Shown here in pieces: positions 47,869 through 57,263 of a DNA stretch of 64,000 bases. The notes beneath the pieces are model-generated. The model saw only the letters and a list, made by a program, of their open reading frames with translations. It searched no databases and was not told the DNA's origin. Numbering within the stretch: the stretch's first letter is position 1; every line of letters starts with the position of its first letter. Source of the stretch: Candidatus Magasanikiibacteriota bacterium (GTDB lineage Bacteria > Patescibacteriota > Patescibacteriia > Magasanikbacterales > UBA922). Position numbers and translations under genes: made by a program. The stretch spans positions 338 through 64,337 of the forward strand of contig JBDGRL010000005.1 in assembly GCA_042218065.1 (NCBI GenBank), in the 5' to 3' direction.

Positions 47869-48389
47869 TTAAACTAGACCTATTGGATATAAAAATAAAA
47901 CAAGCCGACATAACAAATCAAACTACCGACGCTATAGTAAACGCAGCCAACTCCTCGCTTATGGGAGGCGGGGGAGTGGACGGTGCTATTCACTCGGCGG
48001 CCGGCTCTAACCTAAAAGAAGAGTGTAAACGTATTAGAGAACGTGAGTATCCTGATGGCTTGCCTGTTGGTGAAGCTGTTATTACTGACGGGTATAATTT
48101 GGAAGCGGATTATGTAATTCATACAGTTGGTCCTCGCTACAGTGAGGATGAGGATAGAGACCGCAAGCTACGAAATGCGTTTAAAAATAGTTTAAAACTA
48201 GCAGAAGAAAATGAACTAAGTTCTATTTCTTTTCCTGCTGTTAGTGCAGGAGCTTATGGGTATCCTACCGAAAGGGTGGCTGAAATTGCTAAAAAAGTTA
48301 CAACTGATTTTCAACCCAAAAGACTGGAAAAGATTATCTTTTGTCTTTTTTCTAAAGATGATTTTGAAGTTTGGGACAAATTATTTTAA
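47865..48389 (+). CDS. Macro domain protein (ADP-ribose-binding / O-acetyl-ADP-ribose deacetylase-like); TTG start overlaps the ligA stop.
   Basis: IVNAANSSLMGGGGVDGAIHSAAG is the macro-domain signature. AAGGAG sits 8 nt upstream of the TTG at 47865. Confidence 0.75.
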   Translation: MIKLDLLDIKIKQADITNQTTDAIVNAANSSLMGGGGVDGAIHSAAGSNLKEECKRIREREYPDGLPVGEAVITDGYNLEADYVIHTVGPRYSEDEDRDRKLRNAFKNSLKLAEENELSSISFPAVSAGAYGYPTERVAEIAKKVTTDFQPKRLEKIIFCLFSKDDFEVWDKLF

Positions 48390-48497
48390 ACTTAAAATTA
48401 CTCTTTAAATAACCGAGTGTGTGACAGCTATAATATTTATGTATCATAGCTGTTGCACATTCGGCAATTCACGACCAAAGAAGAAAAGGAGGGCAGA

Positions 48498-48608
48498 ATG
48501 GACTTTGAAGACATTGAAAAAGGCGACATACTCAAGTGGAAAGGACCTTTTCAGTTAAGGATAGGAGAACCTCATCACGATTGGTATTATCCATGCCTTG
48601 TAAAGTAG
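48498..48608 (+). CDS. Small ORF (36 aa) with a strong SD. It overlaps an 86-aa ORF (48536-48796) offset by -1; possibly a disrupted gene.
   Basis: AAAAGGAGGGCAGA precedes the ATG. There is no slippery heptamer at the overlap. Confidence 0.3.
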   Translation: MDFEDIEKGDILKWKGPFQLRIGEPHHDWYYPCLVK

Positions 48609-49024
48609 TAGAAAAAGATGTAGAAGAAGGAACTATAATAATTATAGATTTTGATCAGCTTAGAGAGAGGGTTCTCGATAAAGGATCAGTACCTAAAGTT
48701 ATAGAGCCTGCCGAAGATGAGTGGGTTAGAAAGTACATGGAAGACAGAGAGAGGAAATTCAAAAAAATATTTGAGCAAGCTAAAGAAGAACTGTAAAACA
48801 ACTGAAATTGCATGAAAGAGGCAGCTGAGGATTATTTTGAAGGAGCAAGTGCCATTTTGCTTGCTAATGAGGCAGAGCTTAACTAAATCAAAGGAGGAGG
48901 GCGAGGTTTACCTCGTCCGCCTTACAAAAATATTCTATTGACTAGGATTTTTTTGTAAGGTTTTTCCTGCGATTTTCAGTAGATTTTTTATTTAAAAATA
49001 TGTCCGTTTTTAATAGTTATAGTT

Positions 49025-50542
49025 TTGACCAAAGTATACCTTGATCCCGATAAAAAACTAGATACTCAAAAAGTGAAGAGTGTTGCGACAAATTCTGATA
49101 TTGAGGTTTCTTTAACCGAACGAGCTGAGGAGAATATCAAGAAATGCAGAGAGGTAGTAGAAAATCTTTCTAAAGATAAAGCTGTATATGGAATCAATAC
49201 TGGTTTTGGCAGCTTTAAAGATAAAGAGATAGATTATGATGATGTAATTCAGCTTCAAAAAAATTTGATCCGAAGCCATTCTGCAGGTGTAGGCAGTCAT
49301 TTTTCTAGACCTATTGTAAAAGCGATGTTGGTTTTAAGACTTTATTCTTTTACATTTGGGTATTCTGGAGTTAGGCTGAAGTTAGCTCAGCTAGTTAAAG
49401 ATATGATAAACAAAGAGGTGATTCCAGTAGTTCCCTCTCAGGGGTCGGTGGGGGCTTCTGGTGATTTAGCACCTCTTTCTCATGCCGGTTTGGTTTTGAT
49501 GGGAGAAGGCAGAGCTTATGTTAATGATAGTGAAATTTTGGATGGAGCAGATGCTCTTAAAAAATATGGTTTGAGGCCGATAGAGTTTAAAGAAAAAGAA
49601 GGCTTAGCATGGAACAACTCCACTTCTGCAATGAGTGCAGTTGCTGCACTGGTTGTAAATAAATCTAAGAGATTAATGCAATTAGCCGATTTAGCTTGCG
49701 CTATTTCTTATGAAGCTTTCTGTGGTATTACTGATGCTTTGGATTCAGATTTACATGAGCTGAAGCCGCATTCTGGACAAAAAAAGAGTGCAGAAAATAT
49801 CAAACAGAAATTAGAAGGATCGAAGCTAGTAGATTCTTATCCTGAGAGAATACAGGATTCTTACTCCTTACGTTGTGCACCACAAGTGCATGGAGCAGCT
49901 CGAGAAGCTATTAACCATGTTGAACAGGTAGTTAATACAGAGTTAAATTCTGTGACCGACAATCCTTTGGTTTTTCCCGAGAAGAGAAAGGTAATTTCTG
50001 GCGGTAACTTCCACGGAGAGGCTATAGCTATTGCGGTTGACTCTTTAGCTAATGCCATATCAGAGTTGGCAAATATTTCTGAAAGAAGAACAGCAAAACT
50101 AGTAGATGAGGACAATAATCACGGCTTACCTGCTTTTCTGGTCCCGGAACAAGAATCAGGAGTGAATAGTGGTTATATGATTCCACAATATACTGCCGCT
50201 GCTTTAGTTTCTGAAAATAAATCTTTGTCACACCCCGCTTCCGTTGATTCGATTCCTACTTCTGCGAACCAGGAAGACCATGTCAGTATGGGTACAATAG
50301 GAGCTAGACAAGCGTTAGAGGTTGTTGAAAATACGGAAAATGTGATAGCTATTGAGTTGTTAGCTGCAGCTCAAGGTGTAGAATTCCGTGGTACCGAGGA
50401 GATGGGGCAAGGCACTAAAGAGGCATATAAAAAAATAAGGAATAAAATAGATTTTACTCAAAAAGACAGAGAATTTCACAAGGATATTGAGAAAATAAAG
50501 CAAATAGATTTTTTTAACAATGAATACTCTACAGAAGATTAA
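49025..50542 (+). CDS. hutH: Histidine ammonia-lyase family (MIO-dependent aromatic amino-acid lyase).
   Basis: MIO-forming triad in GASGDLAPLSHA; N-terminal YGINTGFG. TTG start, with no upstream in-frame ATG. Confidence 0.8.
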   Translation: MTKVYLDPDKKLDTQKVKSVATNSDIEVSLTERAEENIKKCREVVENLSKDKAVYGINTGFGSFKDKEIDYDDVIQLQKNLIRSHSAGVGSHFSRPIVKAMLVLRLYSFTFGYSGVRLKLAQLVKDMINKEVIPVVPSQGSVGASGDLAPLSHAGLVLMGEGRAYVNDSEILDGADALKKYGLRPIEFKEKEGLAWNNSTSAMSAVAALVVNKSKRLMQLADLACAISYEAFCGITDALDSDLHELKPHSGQKKSAENIKQKLEGSKLVDSYPERIQDSYSLRCAPQVHGAAREAINHVEQVVNTELNSVTDNPLVFPEKRKVISGGNFHGEAIAIAVDSLANAISELANISERRTAKLVDEDNNHGLPAFLVPEQESGVNSGYMIPQYTAAALVSENKSLSHPASVDSIPTSANQEDHVSMGTIGARQALEVVENTENVIAIELLAAAQGVEFRGTEEMGQGTKEAYKKIRNKIDFTQKDREFHKDIEKIKQIDFFNNEYSTED

Positions 50543-51635
50543 AAACCTCTTCTGGGTGCGTAGCCTGAAAGATTATTTTGATAGATATGAGAAATACTTA
50601 CTCCCAGGTGCTTTGGTTGTGGGGTTATTGATAGATGCTTTAACCTTTCGAAATATTAATATAGATACTGCTTTCAGTTTATTGACTTCTTATTTGGTCA
50701 TCTCGATTTTGACGATTGCCTATATTCATGCTTTTAAAGAAAAAATTTTCCCCGAAACCAAAATATGGGAGTCAATCTATGTTTATTCTCCGCTAGTCAT
50801 TCAGTTTACATTTGGTGCTTTACTTAGTGCAATTTTTATTTTCTATTTCTTTTCGGGTACGGTTTGGGTTAGTTGGCCTATATTTTTAGCTCTGGTTATT
50901 TTAATGATAGTTAATGATAGTTTCCGTGAGTATTATTTGAAGGCAGAAGTCCAGCTTGGTATTTTTTACTTTATTCTATTGCTATTTTTAATTTTAGTTT
51001 TCCCATTTTTAATGAATAAAATCGGACCCGGAATATTTTTTCTAAGTGGGGCGGCTAGTTTGGTTATATTTTTCGGTTTATTAAAATTATTGCTTTATCT
51101 GAGTACAGAGGTTGATATAAAAAGGAAAGGTATAGCAACAATAGTAATTTTGATATTTTCAGTTGTCAATATCCTTTATTTTACCAATATAATTCCGCCT
51201 ATACCGCTTTCCGTACGAGATTCTGGGGTTTATTATCGGGTGGATAGAATAAATGGAAATTATCAAGTCGTAGCTCCTCAGAGTAGTTGGAAAGACTATT
51301 TTATTTCCAGCAATAAGATCAAGTTTTCAGAGGAGTCGGAAATTTTCGTGTACACTGCCGTTTTTGCGCCTTCGGATCTGACAGAGGAGATAATTCATGA
51401 GTGGCAATATTATGATAGTGAAAATGAGAAATGGGACAGTACGGATGAGCTTAGTTTTTATCTAGTTGGGGGCAGAGATGGTGGTTATAGAGGTTACTCT
51501 AAAAAATCCAACCTCAAAGAAGGGCATTGGCGTGTAAAAGTAGAGACACAGGAAGGAAAAGTATTAGATATCATTGACTTTGAGTTAACTAAAACAGAAG
51601 ATTCGATTAAAACTGTTGAAAGGCTCAAAAGATAA
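50520..51635 (+). CDS. Polytopic membrane protein with a C-terminal soluble domain (DUF2914-like, weak).
   Basis: About 7 TM helices, then WQYYDSENEKWDSTDELSFYLVGGRDGGYRGYS...GHWRVKVETQEGKVLDIIDFEL. Its start overlaps hutH by 23 nt. Confidence 0.5.
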   Translation: MNTLQKIKNLFWVRSLKDYFDRYEKYLLPGALVVGLLIDALTFRNINIDTAFSLLTSYLVISILTIAYIHAFKEKIFPETKIWESIYVYSPLVIQFTFGALLSAIFIFYFFSGTVWVSWPIFLALVILMIVNDSFREYYLKAEVQLGIFYFILLLFLILVFPFLMNKIGPGIFFLSGAASLVIFFGLLKLLLYLSTEVDIKRKGIATIVILIFSVVNILYFTNIIPPIPLSVRDSGVYYRVDRINGNYQVVAPQSSWKDYFISSNKIKFSEESEIFVYTAVFAPSDLTEEIIHEWQYYDSENEKWDSTDELSFYLVGGRDGGYRGYSKKSNLKEGHWRVKVETQEGKVLDIIDFELTKTEDSIKTVERLKR

Positions 51636-51713
51636 ATAGGTTAGACTTTTTTTGTTTATATTTTTAAGATATAAATCAACGAGAATGATTTTGTTAATTA
51701 ACTAAATAATATT

Positions 51714-52664
51714 ATGAAACCAGAAAATAGAAGCCCTAATAAGGAAGAATTAGAAACAGAAGTCAATGAGGGTTCGTCTGAGCAAGATGGGGCAGAGGAA
51801 TCTGAATCAGACGGATTAGAAGTAGAAGACAGTGGAGAAGAAGAAAGAAATGTGATGAGAGAATTATCAAAGCAAGCAGGACCAACAAGCACTATTTTAG
51901 CAACTGCTTTATCTCTAGGTTTAGCAGCTTGTGAGATTGATAGAAAAGCTACAGAAGCTAAGAGGAGAGAGGTTGTTTTGGAAGGCCCTGAAGAGTTGTC
52001 AGATTATTACGAGGACAGTAAAGAAGAACTTAGGACTAAGTGGAATCTAAAACCTCCTGCAGCTTATGATCACATGGTTTATTCTGGAAAAAGCACCACC
52101 GAAATTGATAAAGATGAAGAAGGTTCTAATGTAGAAACAGATTTTAAAGAAGAAGGAAGCTTTCCTTTAGACAAAATTAAATCAGCTTTAAATGAAGGTC
52201 GGTTATTTTTTAGATCCAAGGAAGGTACTTTAGATAGAAAGGAGCTTGATAATGCGTATTCTATATCTGAGTTGAGTTTGTACCCAGGAGGAGTAAAAAG
52301 TGAATTTTTAGAAGTTAGGAGTTCTGAATTGTATGTAAATGAGGGTAATGGAGAAGAAGCACTAAAAGAAAATGCTGAATTAATTGTTGACTCTGATAAG
52401 AAGTTTACTGGCAGAGATCGAGAGAGGAGGAGTGAAGCAGTGCTTGAGGCGATTAAAAAACTTGTTAAAAGTGCGGGCAGCCAAGAAAATAAAAATATTA
52501 CTTATCCTGAAATATCAGATGTAGAGTCCCCAAAAGAAGACAAGGTTCATACTTTAGATTACATAATGAGGGAATTTAGCGGAATATTAGTGGGTTATGA
52601 AGTAGATGTAGAAAAAGATGGTGTATTTTACGAAGCGACTATCAGCCCTGAGGGTAACAATTAA
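51714..52664 (+). CDS. Acidic hypothetical protein.
   Basis: 316 aa, E/D-rich N-terminus, one hydrophobic segment ILATALSLGLAAC. Confidence 0.45.
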   Translation: MKPENRSPNKEELETEVNEGSSEQDGAEESESDGLEVEDSGEEERNVMRELSKQAGPTSTILATALSLGLAACEIDRKATEAKRREVVLEGPEELSDYYEDSKEELRTKWNLKPPAAYDHMVYSGKSTTEIDKDEEGSNVETDFKEEGSFPLDKIKSALNEGRLFFRSKEGTLDRKELDNAYSISELSLYPGGVKSEFLEVRSSELYVNEGNGEEALKENAELIVDSDKKFTGRDRERRSEAVLEAIKKLVKSAGSQENKNITYPEISDVESPKEDKVHTLDYIMREFSGILVGYEVDVEKDGVFYEATISPEGNN

Positions 52665-52714
52665 ATATTAATGTAAAAGTAACTAAATATATTGAATAAT
52701 TCTAAAATTTAAAT

Positions 52715-53113
52715 ATGCCAGCCATGCAATTATTAGCCCAAACAATCGGCTCTTTTATGGTTATTGTTGGTCTATCTTTCTTATTTCGCAGGGGGTATTT
52801 TTTGGAGAAATTAAAGACATTTTTTTCTCGCCACCCCTTAAGATTGACGATTGCGTGCGGAGAGTTGCTTGCGGGGTTATTTTTGGCTTTGGCTTTCAGC
52901 CAAAATTTTACCGATTATTCTTTGTATGGAAAGCTGATAGTGATTTTGGGTTGGACTATGGTAGCAGAGGGTATATTGAATCTTATAGTATCTGAGGCTG
53001 TTATTGAAAAAGCTTACCGAGCTACTTTGACGAAAAAATTCTTTGCAGGTTTTAGTTTATTTTTTACTGCTCTTGGCTTATATTTAGCTGGGTCCGGGTT
53101 TGGCTTTTTTTAA
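52715..53113 (+). CDS. Small integral membrane protein (4 predicted TM helices).
   Basis: Hydrophobic throughout; no motif recognised. Confidence 0.45.
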   Translation: MPAMQLLAQTIGSFMVIVGLSFLFRRGYFLEKLKTFFSRHPLRLTIACGELLAGLFLALAFSQNFTDYSLYGKLIVILGWTMVAEGILNLIVSEAVIEKAYRATLTKKFFAGFSLFFTALGLYLAGSGFGFF

Positions 53114-53173
53114 TCTTTTCTTATTGATGTATAAATGGTATAATTTACATGGATTAATTTTAATCACTTTCTT

Positions 53174-53464
53174 ATGCCAGAAGAGAATAATGAAGAAAAA
53201 TTAGAAAATAATGATATAGATGCAATGTGGCTGGATCACTACTTGTTGGGCTCAGAGAGTGGGCTTGAGTTTTTAAATCGATTAAAAGGTGAAGGATCTT
53301 TAGGTCGTGACTTACCTATATTTGTAGTCTCTAATACTGCCAGCGAAGACAAGGTTAAATCATATCTCAGCTTCGGTGTAGACCAGTACTACACGAAAGC
53401 GGATAATAATCTGGGCGAGATTATAGACGATCTTATAAACGCCATTGAACAATCAAAACAATGA
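53174..53464 (+). CDS. Truncated receiver-domain protein containing only the C-terminal half of a REC fold.
   Basis: DIDAMWLDHYLLGSESGLEFLNRLKG...LPIFVVSNTASEDKVKSYLSFGVDQYYTK matches REC beta3-alpha5. The N-terminal DD pocket is absent. Confidence 0.4.
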   Translation: MPEENNEEKLENNDIDAMWLDHYLLGSESGLEFLNRLKGEGSLGRDLPIFVVSNTASEDKVKSYLSFGVDQYYTKADNNLGEIIDDLINAIEQSKQ

Positions 53465-53760
53465 AAATCTCACCCGACAAAGTAGAACATATAGCACAAC
53501 TGGCACGGCTCGAGCTTTCTCAAGCAGAAAAAGAGCGCTACGCCGAGGAGTTGTCGGTGGTGCTGGACTATGTAGAGAAATTAGAAGAGGTGGAGACCGA
53601 GGGGGTCGAGCCGACCTTTCAGGTATCCGGGCTTACCGATGTAACCAGAGAAGACGAGGTGGAGGAGATCAGTGATGAAGACCGATCTAAGATTATAGAG
53701 GAGTTTCCAAGCAAAGAAGGCAGAATGCTAAAGGTACAAGAAGTATTCGATAATGAATAA
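53461..53760 (+). CDS. gatC: Asp/Glu-tRNA amidotransferase subunit C.
   Basis: MKISPDKVEHIAQLARLELSQAEKERYAEELSVVLDYVEKL matches the GatC family. Confidence 0.8.
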   Translation: MKISPDKVEHIAQLARLELSQAEKERYAEELSVVLDYVEKLEEVETEGVEPTFQVSGLTDVTREDEVEEISDEDRSKIIEEFPSKEGRMLKVQEVFDNE

Positions 53761-53763
53761 TTT

Positions 53764-55191
53764 ATGGATATAGCAAATCTAACTATACCTGAAGCCAGAA
53801 AAAAATTAGATAATGGAGAGATCACGTCGGTCGATCTGACCCAAGCTTGTTTGGATAAAATAGAGCAGGAAAATGATGATATTAATGCATTTATAACCGT
53901 AGTTGAGGACTTAGCACTAAAACAAGCCCGGGAAGCAGACAATATTATTGAGCAGGGAGATGCTGGTCCTCTTACAGGATTGCCTTTCGGCGCCAAAGAT
54001 ACTTTGTGTATAAAAGATATTCGCTCGACCGGGGGAGCGAAAATTTTGGATAATTACGAGCCCCCATATACCTCTACCGTAGTGCAGAAAGTTTTAGATC
54101 AAAATGCAGTTTTGCTGGGAAAGCAGAACTGTGATGCTTTCGGCCACGGTGCCAGCAATGAAAATTCGATGTATGGTCCGGTGAAAAATCCCAGGGACAC
54201 GGATAAAGTAGCCGGAGGTTCATCAGGTGGTTCAGCGGCAGCGGTTGCAGCGGGTATGTGTCTGTTTTCTATCGGAGAGGATACCGGTGGTTCTATCCGG
54301 CAGCCGGCCAGCTTTTGTGGAACTGTTGGACTTCGCCCCAGCTATGGCCGCAACTCACGCTATGGTGTAATGCCGATGGCAAGCTCACTCGATACCGTCG
54401 GTCCGATGGCTAAATCCGTAGCAGGTACAGCAATACTAGAGGAAGTAATGGCGGGCAAAGATGAAAAAGATGCTACTACTGTAGATACAGGTGTTCCCCA
54501 ATATTCAAATAAATTAGACCAAGACATATCCGATCTAACTATCGGACTACCAAAGGAATACTTTGAGAAAGGCGAGCTGAACCGGGAGGTGCATGAGATA
54601 ATAGATACCCAGTTTGAAGAGTTGGCAAATAAAGGCTGCGAGATCAAAGAAGTGTCTCTTCCGCATACAGAGTATGCAGTTTCCACCTACTACATTATAG
54701 TACCCAGCGAAGACAGCTCGAATATGGCACGACTTGACGGTATGAGATACGGGACCAGAGAAGAGGGTAAAGATCTAGAGTCTACTTACGGCAAATCCAG
54801 AGCAGAGGGTTTCCCCGATGAGGTAAAGCGGAGAATTATGATCGGAACGTATTCTCTCTCTGCTGGTTATTATGATAAGTATTACAAAAAAGCACAAAAA
54901 GTTCGGACTTTGATCAAGCAAGATTTTGAACATGTTTTCGAAGAGGTAGATGTACTACTTACCCCCACTTCTCCTTTCCCGCCTTTTGAGTTGGGAGAAA
55001 AGACAGGTAATGTACTGGATATGTATTTGGCAGATGTCTTTACTGTCCCCGCTGCTCTTGCTGGTATACCGGCTCTATCAGTGCCGGTAGCAGAAAACGG
55101 TGAGGGGCTTCCGGTAGGAGCTCAGATTATAGGTCCGAGGCTGAAAGAAGATCGGGTACTTAAAGTAGGAGCTGAACTTTTAAGTAGCTAA
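53764..55191 (+). CDS. gatA: Asp/Glu-tRNA amidotransferase subunit A (amidase signature family).
   Basis: GGSSGGSAAAVAAG amidase signature, Ser-cisSer-Lys triad context, GatA-like N- and C-termini. Confidence 0.85.
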   Translation: MDIANLTIPEARKKLDNGEITSVDLTQACLDKIEQENDDINAFITVVEDLALKQAREADNIIEQGDAGPLTGLPFGAKDTLCIKDIRSTGGAKILDNYEPPYTSTVVQKVLDQNAVLLGKQNCDAFGHGASNENSMYGPVKNPRDTDKVAGGSSGGSAAAVAAGMCLFSIGEDTGGSIRQPASFCGTVGLRPSYGRNSRYGVMPMASSLDTVGPMAKSVAGTAILEEVMAGKDEKDATTVDTGVPQYSNKLDQDISDLTIGLPKEYFEKGELNREVHEIIDTQFEELANKGCEIKEVSLPHTEYAVSTYYIIVPSEDSSNMARLDGMRYGTREEGKDLESTYGKSRAEGFPDEVKRRIMIGTYSLSAGYYDKYYKKAQKVRTLIKQDFEHVFEEVDVLLTPTSPFPPFELGEKTGNVLDMYLADVFTVPAALAGIPALSVPVAENGEGLPVGAQIIGPRLKEDRVLKVGAELLSS

Positions 55192-55194
55192 GAG

Positions 55195-55629
55195 ATGCCA
55201 AAGGAAGTATATAGTTTTTATGATAATAGAATAGAAAAAGAGCTAGAAAAAGTAGAATCTAGCATGGAGAGCAGCCTTAGAGATTTGATTGAAATGAAAG
55301 AAAATGAACTAGAAAAACTTAGAAAGATAAAACACTACTACGAAGAGATAGATAAGTTTCAAAAAATTTTAGAAGCTGCAGATTCATCTGAAGAGAGACA
55401 AAAAGCAAAAAAAAGAATAAAAAAACTACGACAAAGAATAAAAGATGTGGGCAAACAGGTACAATTTGAAAGAGAAGAAATAGGTTACCTTTTGCAAATT
55501 ATTAAAGATCAAAAAGGTAAAGATGATTTGGAGCGCGCTTTGCATATTTTAGAGCTAAAGGAGATAGACGACGTTTGGTATGAAAAAGCTATAAATATTG
55601 ATTTTAGCGATCCATCGAATATTAATTAA
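55195..55629 (+). CDS. Coiled-coil hypothetical protein.
   Basis: 144 aa, heptad-rich and K/E-rich. Confidence 0.4.
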   Translation: MPKEVYSFYDNRIEKELEKVESSMESSLRDLIEMKENELEKLRKIKHYYEEIDKFQKILEAADSSEERQKAKKRIKKLRQRIKDVGKQVQFEREEIGYLLQIIKDQKGKDDLERALHILELKEIDDVWYEKAINIDFSDPSNIN

Positions 55630-55639
55630 ATTTTTATAC

Positions 55640-56998
55640 ATGCAAGAAGTACAAATACCACAAAATAAAAGAAACGGAGATAATAAAGAGAGAGGTTTTA
55701 GCCTGCACGAAGAAGAGGATTATCGTAAACCATGGCGCATCTTTCGAGTGATGTCCGAGTTTGTGATGGGATATCAGCTGCTGTCTACCTTGGACAAGCA
55801 AGTCACTATCTTAGGTTCAGCTCGTAGCGATGAAGAGGAAAAATATTATGGGATAGCAGAACAGCTGGGACGTCTATTAGCTCAAAATGATTATTCTACT
55901 GTCACCGGTGGTGGTCCTGGAATTATGGAGGCTGCTAATAAGGGTGCTTTTGAAGAGGGGGGTGATTCGATTGGTTTAAACATACAGCTCCCCTTTGAAC
56001 AGAAGGTTAATCAGTATGTAAAAAGGGCGATCGGCTTTCATTATTTTTCCACCAGAAAGGTTATGTTAACCGCGCCGGCTGATGCTTTTGTATTATTTCC
56101 CGGCGGTTTTGGCACTATGGATGAGTTTTTTGAGATAGTTGATAATATGGAGTTGGGCAAGATGTGTGAGGTGCCAATAATTTTAGTTGGAGAAGAATAT
56201 TGGAAACCCTTGATAAAGTTTCTCAAAGAAAGTGGGTGCCAGCTAGGCAGTATTAATGAAGAGCAGGTGAAACAGTGGCATGTAGTAGAGACAGCACAAG
56301 AAGCATTTGAGATAATTAGTGAAAGCGGTGAAGGACATGGCAGAGAAACTTGTGAATTGTCTCCGACTCATTTTCACTCCGAGACCTCTATGAACTGGCG
56401 AGTGTTTCGTATTATGTCGGAGCTGGTGGAAGGGTTTGAGTTTATAAGTGACCTTGAAAAAGATGTTTCTTTTTATGGTACAAAAAGTATAAAAGAGGAT
56501 AGTGATTATTATAAAGCAGGCTACCAGCTTGGAGGAGAGATTGCCAAGAATGGGTTTGCTGTACTGACAGGAGCTGCTCCCGGCATGGATGAAGCAGTAA
56601 ATAAGGGTGCTATAGAAAATGGTGGGGGCTCGATCGGAATTAGTATGAAGGTTCAAGGACAAATAAGATTAAACGAATATATTAATAAATCATTGGTTTT
56701 CGATTTTCCCTTTACTCGTAAGATGATTATTACCGCGCCTTCTGATGCTTTTGTGTTTTTCCCAGGTGGGTTCGGAACCCTCCACCAATTATTTGAGATT
56801 TTGACATTGATGCAGACCAACAAGATAAAACAGAAGCCGGTCATCCTTTATGACCATAAATTTTGGGAGCCTTGGCATGCATTTATAAAAAAGACTCTAG
56901 CTCACAGATTCGAGACCATTAGCCCTCAGGACGACGAGATTTATCAGATCGTAGATGATGTGGATACAATAATGGAGATTATTAATAAGAGGGTTTAG
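55640..56998 (+). CDS. Tandem LOG-family (TIGR00730-like, Rossmann lysine-decarboxylase-like) protein with two complete LOG domains.
   Basis: First domain: TGGGPGIMEAANKGA...PGGFGTMDEFFE. Second domain: TGAAPGMDEAVNKGA...PGGFGTLHQLFE. Start taken at MQEVQIP (55640), just after the upstream stop. Confidence 0.65.
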   Translation: MQEVQIPQNKRNGDNKERGFSLHEEEDYRKPWRIFRVMSEFVMGYQLLSTLDKQVTILGSARSDEEEKYYGIAEQLGRLLAQNDYSTVTGGGPGIMEAANKGAFEEGGDSIGLNIQLPFEQKVNQYVKRAIGFHYFSTRKVMLTAPADAFVLFPGGFGTMDEFFEIVDNMELGKMCEVPIILVGEEYWKPLIKFLKESGCQLGSINEEQVKQWHVVETAQEAFEIISESGEGHGRETCELSPTHFHSETSMNWRVFRIMSELVEGFEFISDLEKDVSFYGTKSIKEDSDYYKAGYQLGGEIAKNGFAVLTGAAPGMDEAVNKGAIENGGGSIGISMKVQGQIRLNEYINKSLVFDFPFTRKMIITAPSDAFVFFPGGFGTLHQLFEILTLMQTNKIKQKPVILYDHKFWEPWHAFIKKTLAHRFETISPQDDEIYQIVDDVDTIMEIINKRV

Positions 56999-57019
56999 AT
57001 GTTTCTATTATGAATATAT

Positions 57020-57048
57020 TTGATTTTTTGTAGATTTCGTTGTATACT
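57020..57048 (+). promoter_or_regulatory. Sigma70-type promoter for the tRNA-Ser pair (TTGATT, 17-nt spacer, TATACT).
   Basis: TTGATT at 57020-57025 and TATACT at 57043-57048, about 20 nt upstream of the first tRNA. Confidence 0.4.
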
Positions 57049-57068
57049 GACCTCACAATTGAGTTTTA

Positions 57069-57153
57069 GGAAGGGTGACCGAGTGGTCGAAGGTGCATGC
57101 TTGGAAAGCATGTGTGCCTAACGGCACCGAGGGTTCGAATCCCTCTCCTTCCG
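57069..57153 (+). tRNA. tRNA-Ser (anticodon GGA) with a long variable arm.
   Basis: Acceptor GGAAGGG/TCCTTCC, anticodon loop TTGGAAA, variable arm TGTGCCTAACGGCACC, T-arm GAGGG-TTCGAAT-CCCTC. Confidence 0.8.
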
Positions 57154-57175
57154 CAGCTGAGCGATTGATTATTAC

Positions 57176-57263
<88 letters not shown>

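Noticed and set aside
48498-48796. Programmed -1 ribosomal frameshift joining the 36-aa and 86-aa ORFs.
   Set aside because: There is no X XXY YYZ slippery heptamer or downstream pseudoknot-like structure at the overlap. An indel or two separate small genes is more likely. It is kept only as a low-interest finding.
53445-53675. 76-aa Arg/Gly-rich ORF.
   Set aside because: It is an alternate frame of the gatC coding region, which has a strong family match in its own frame.
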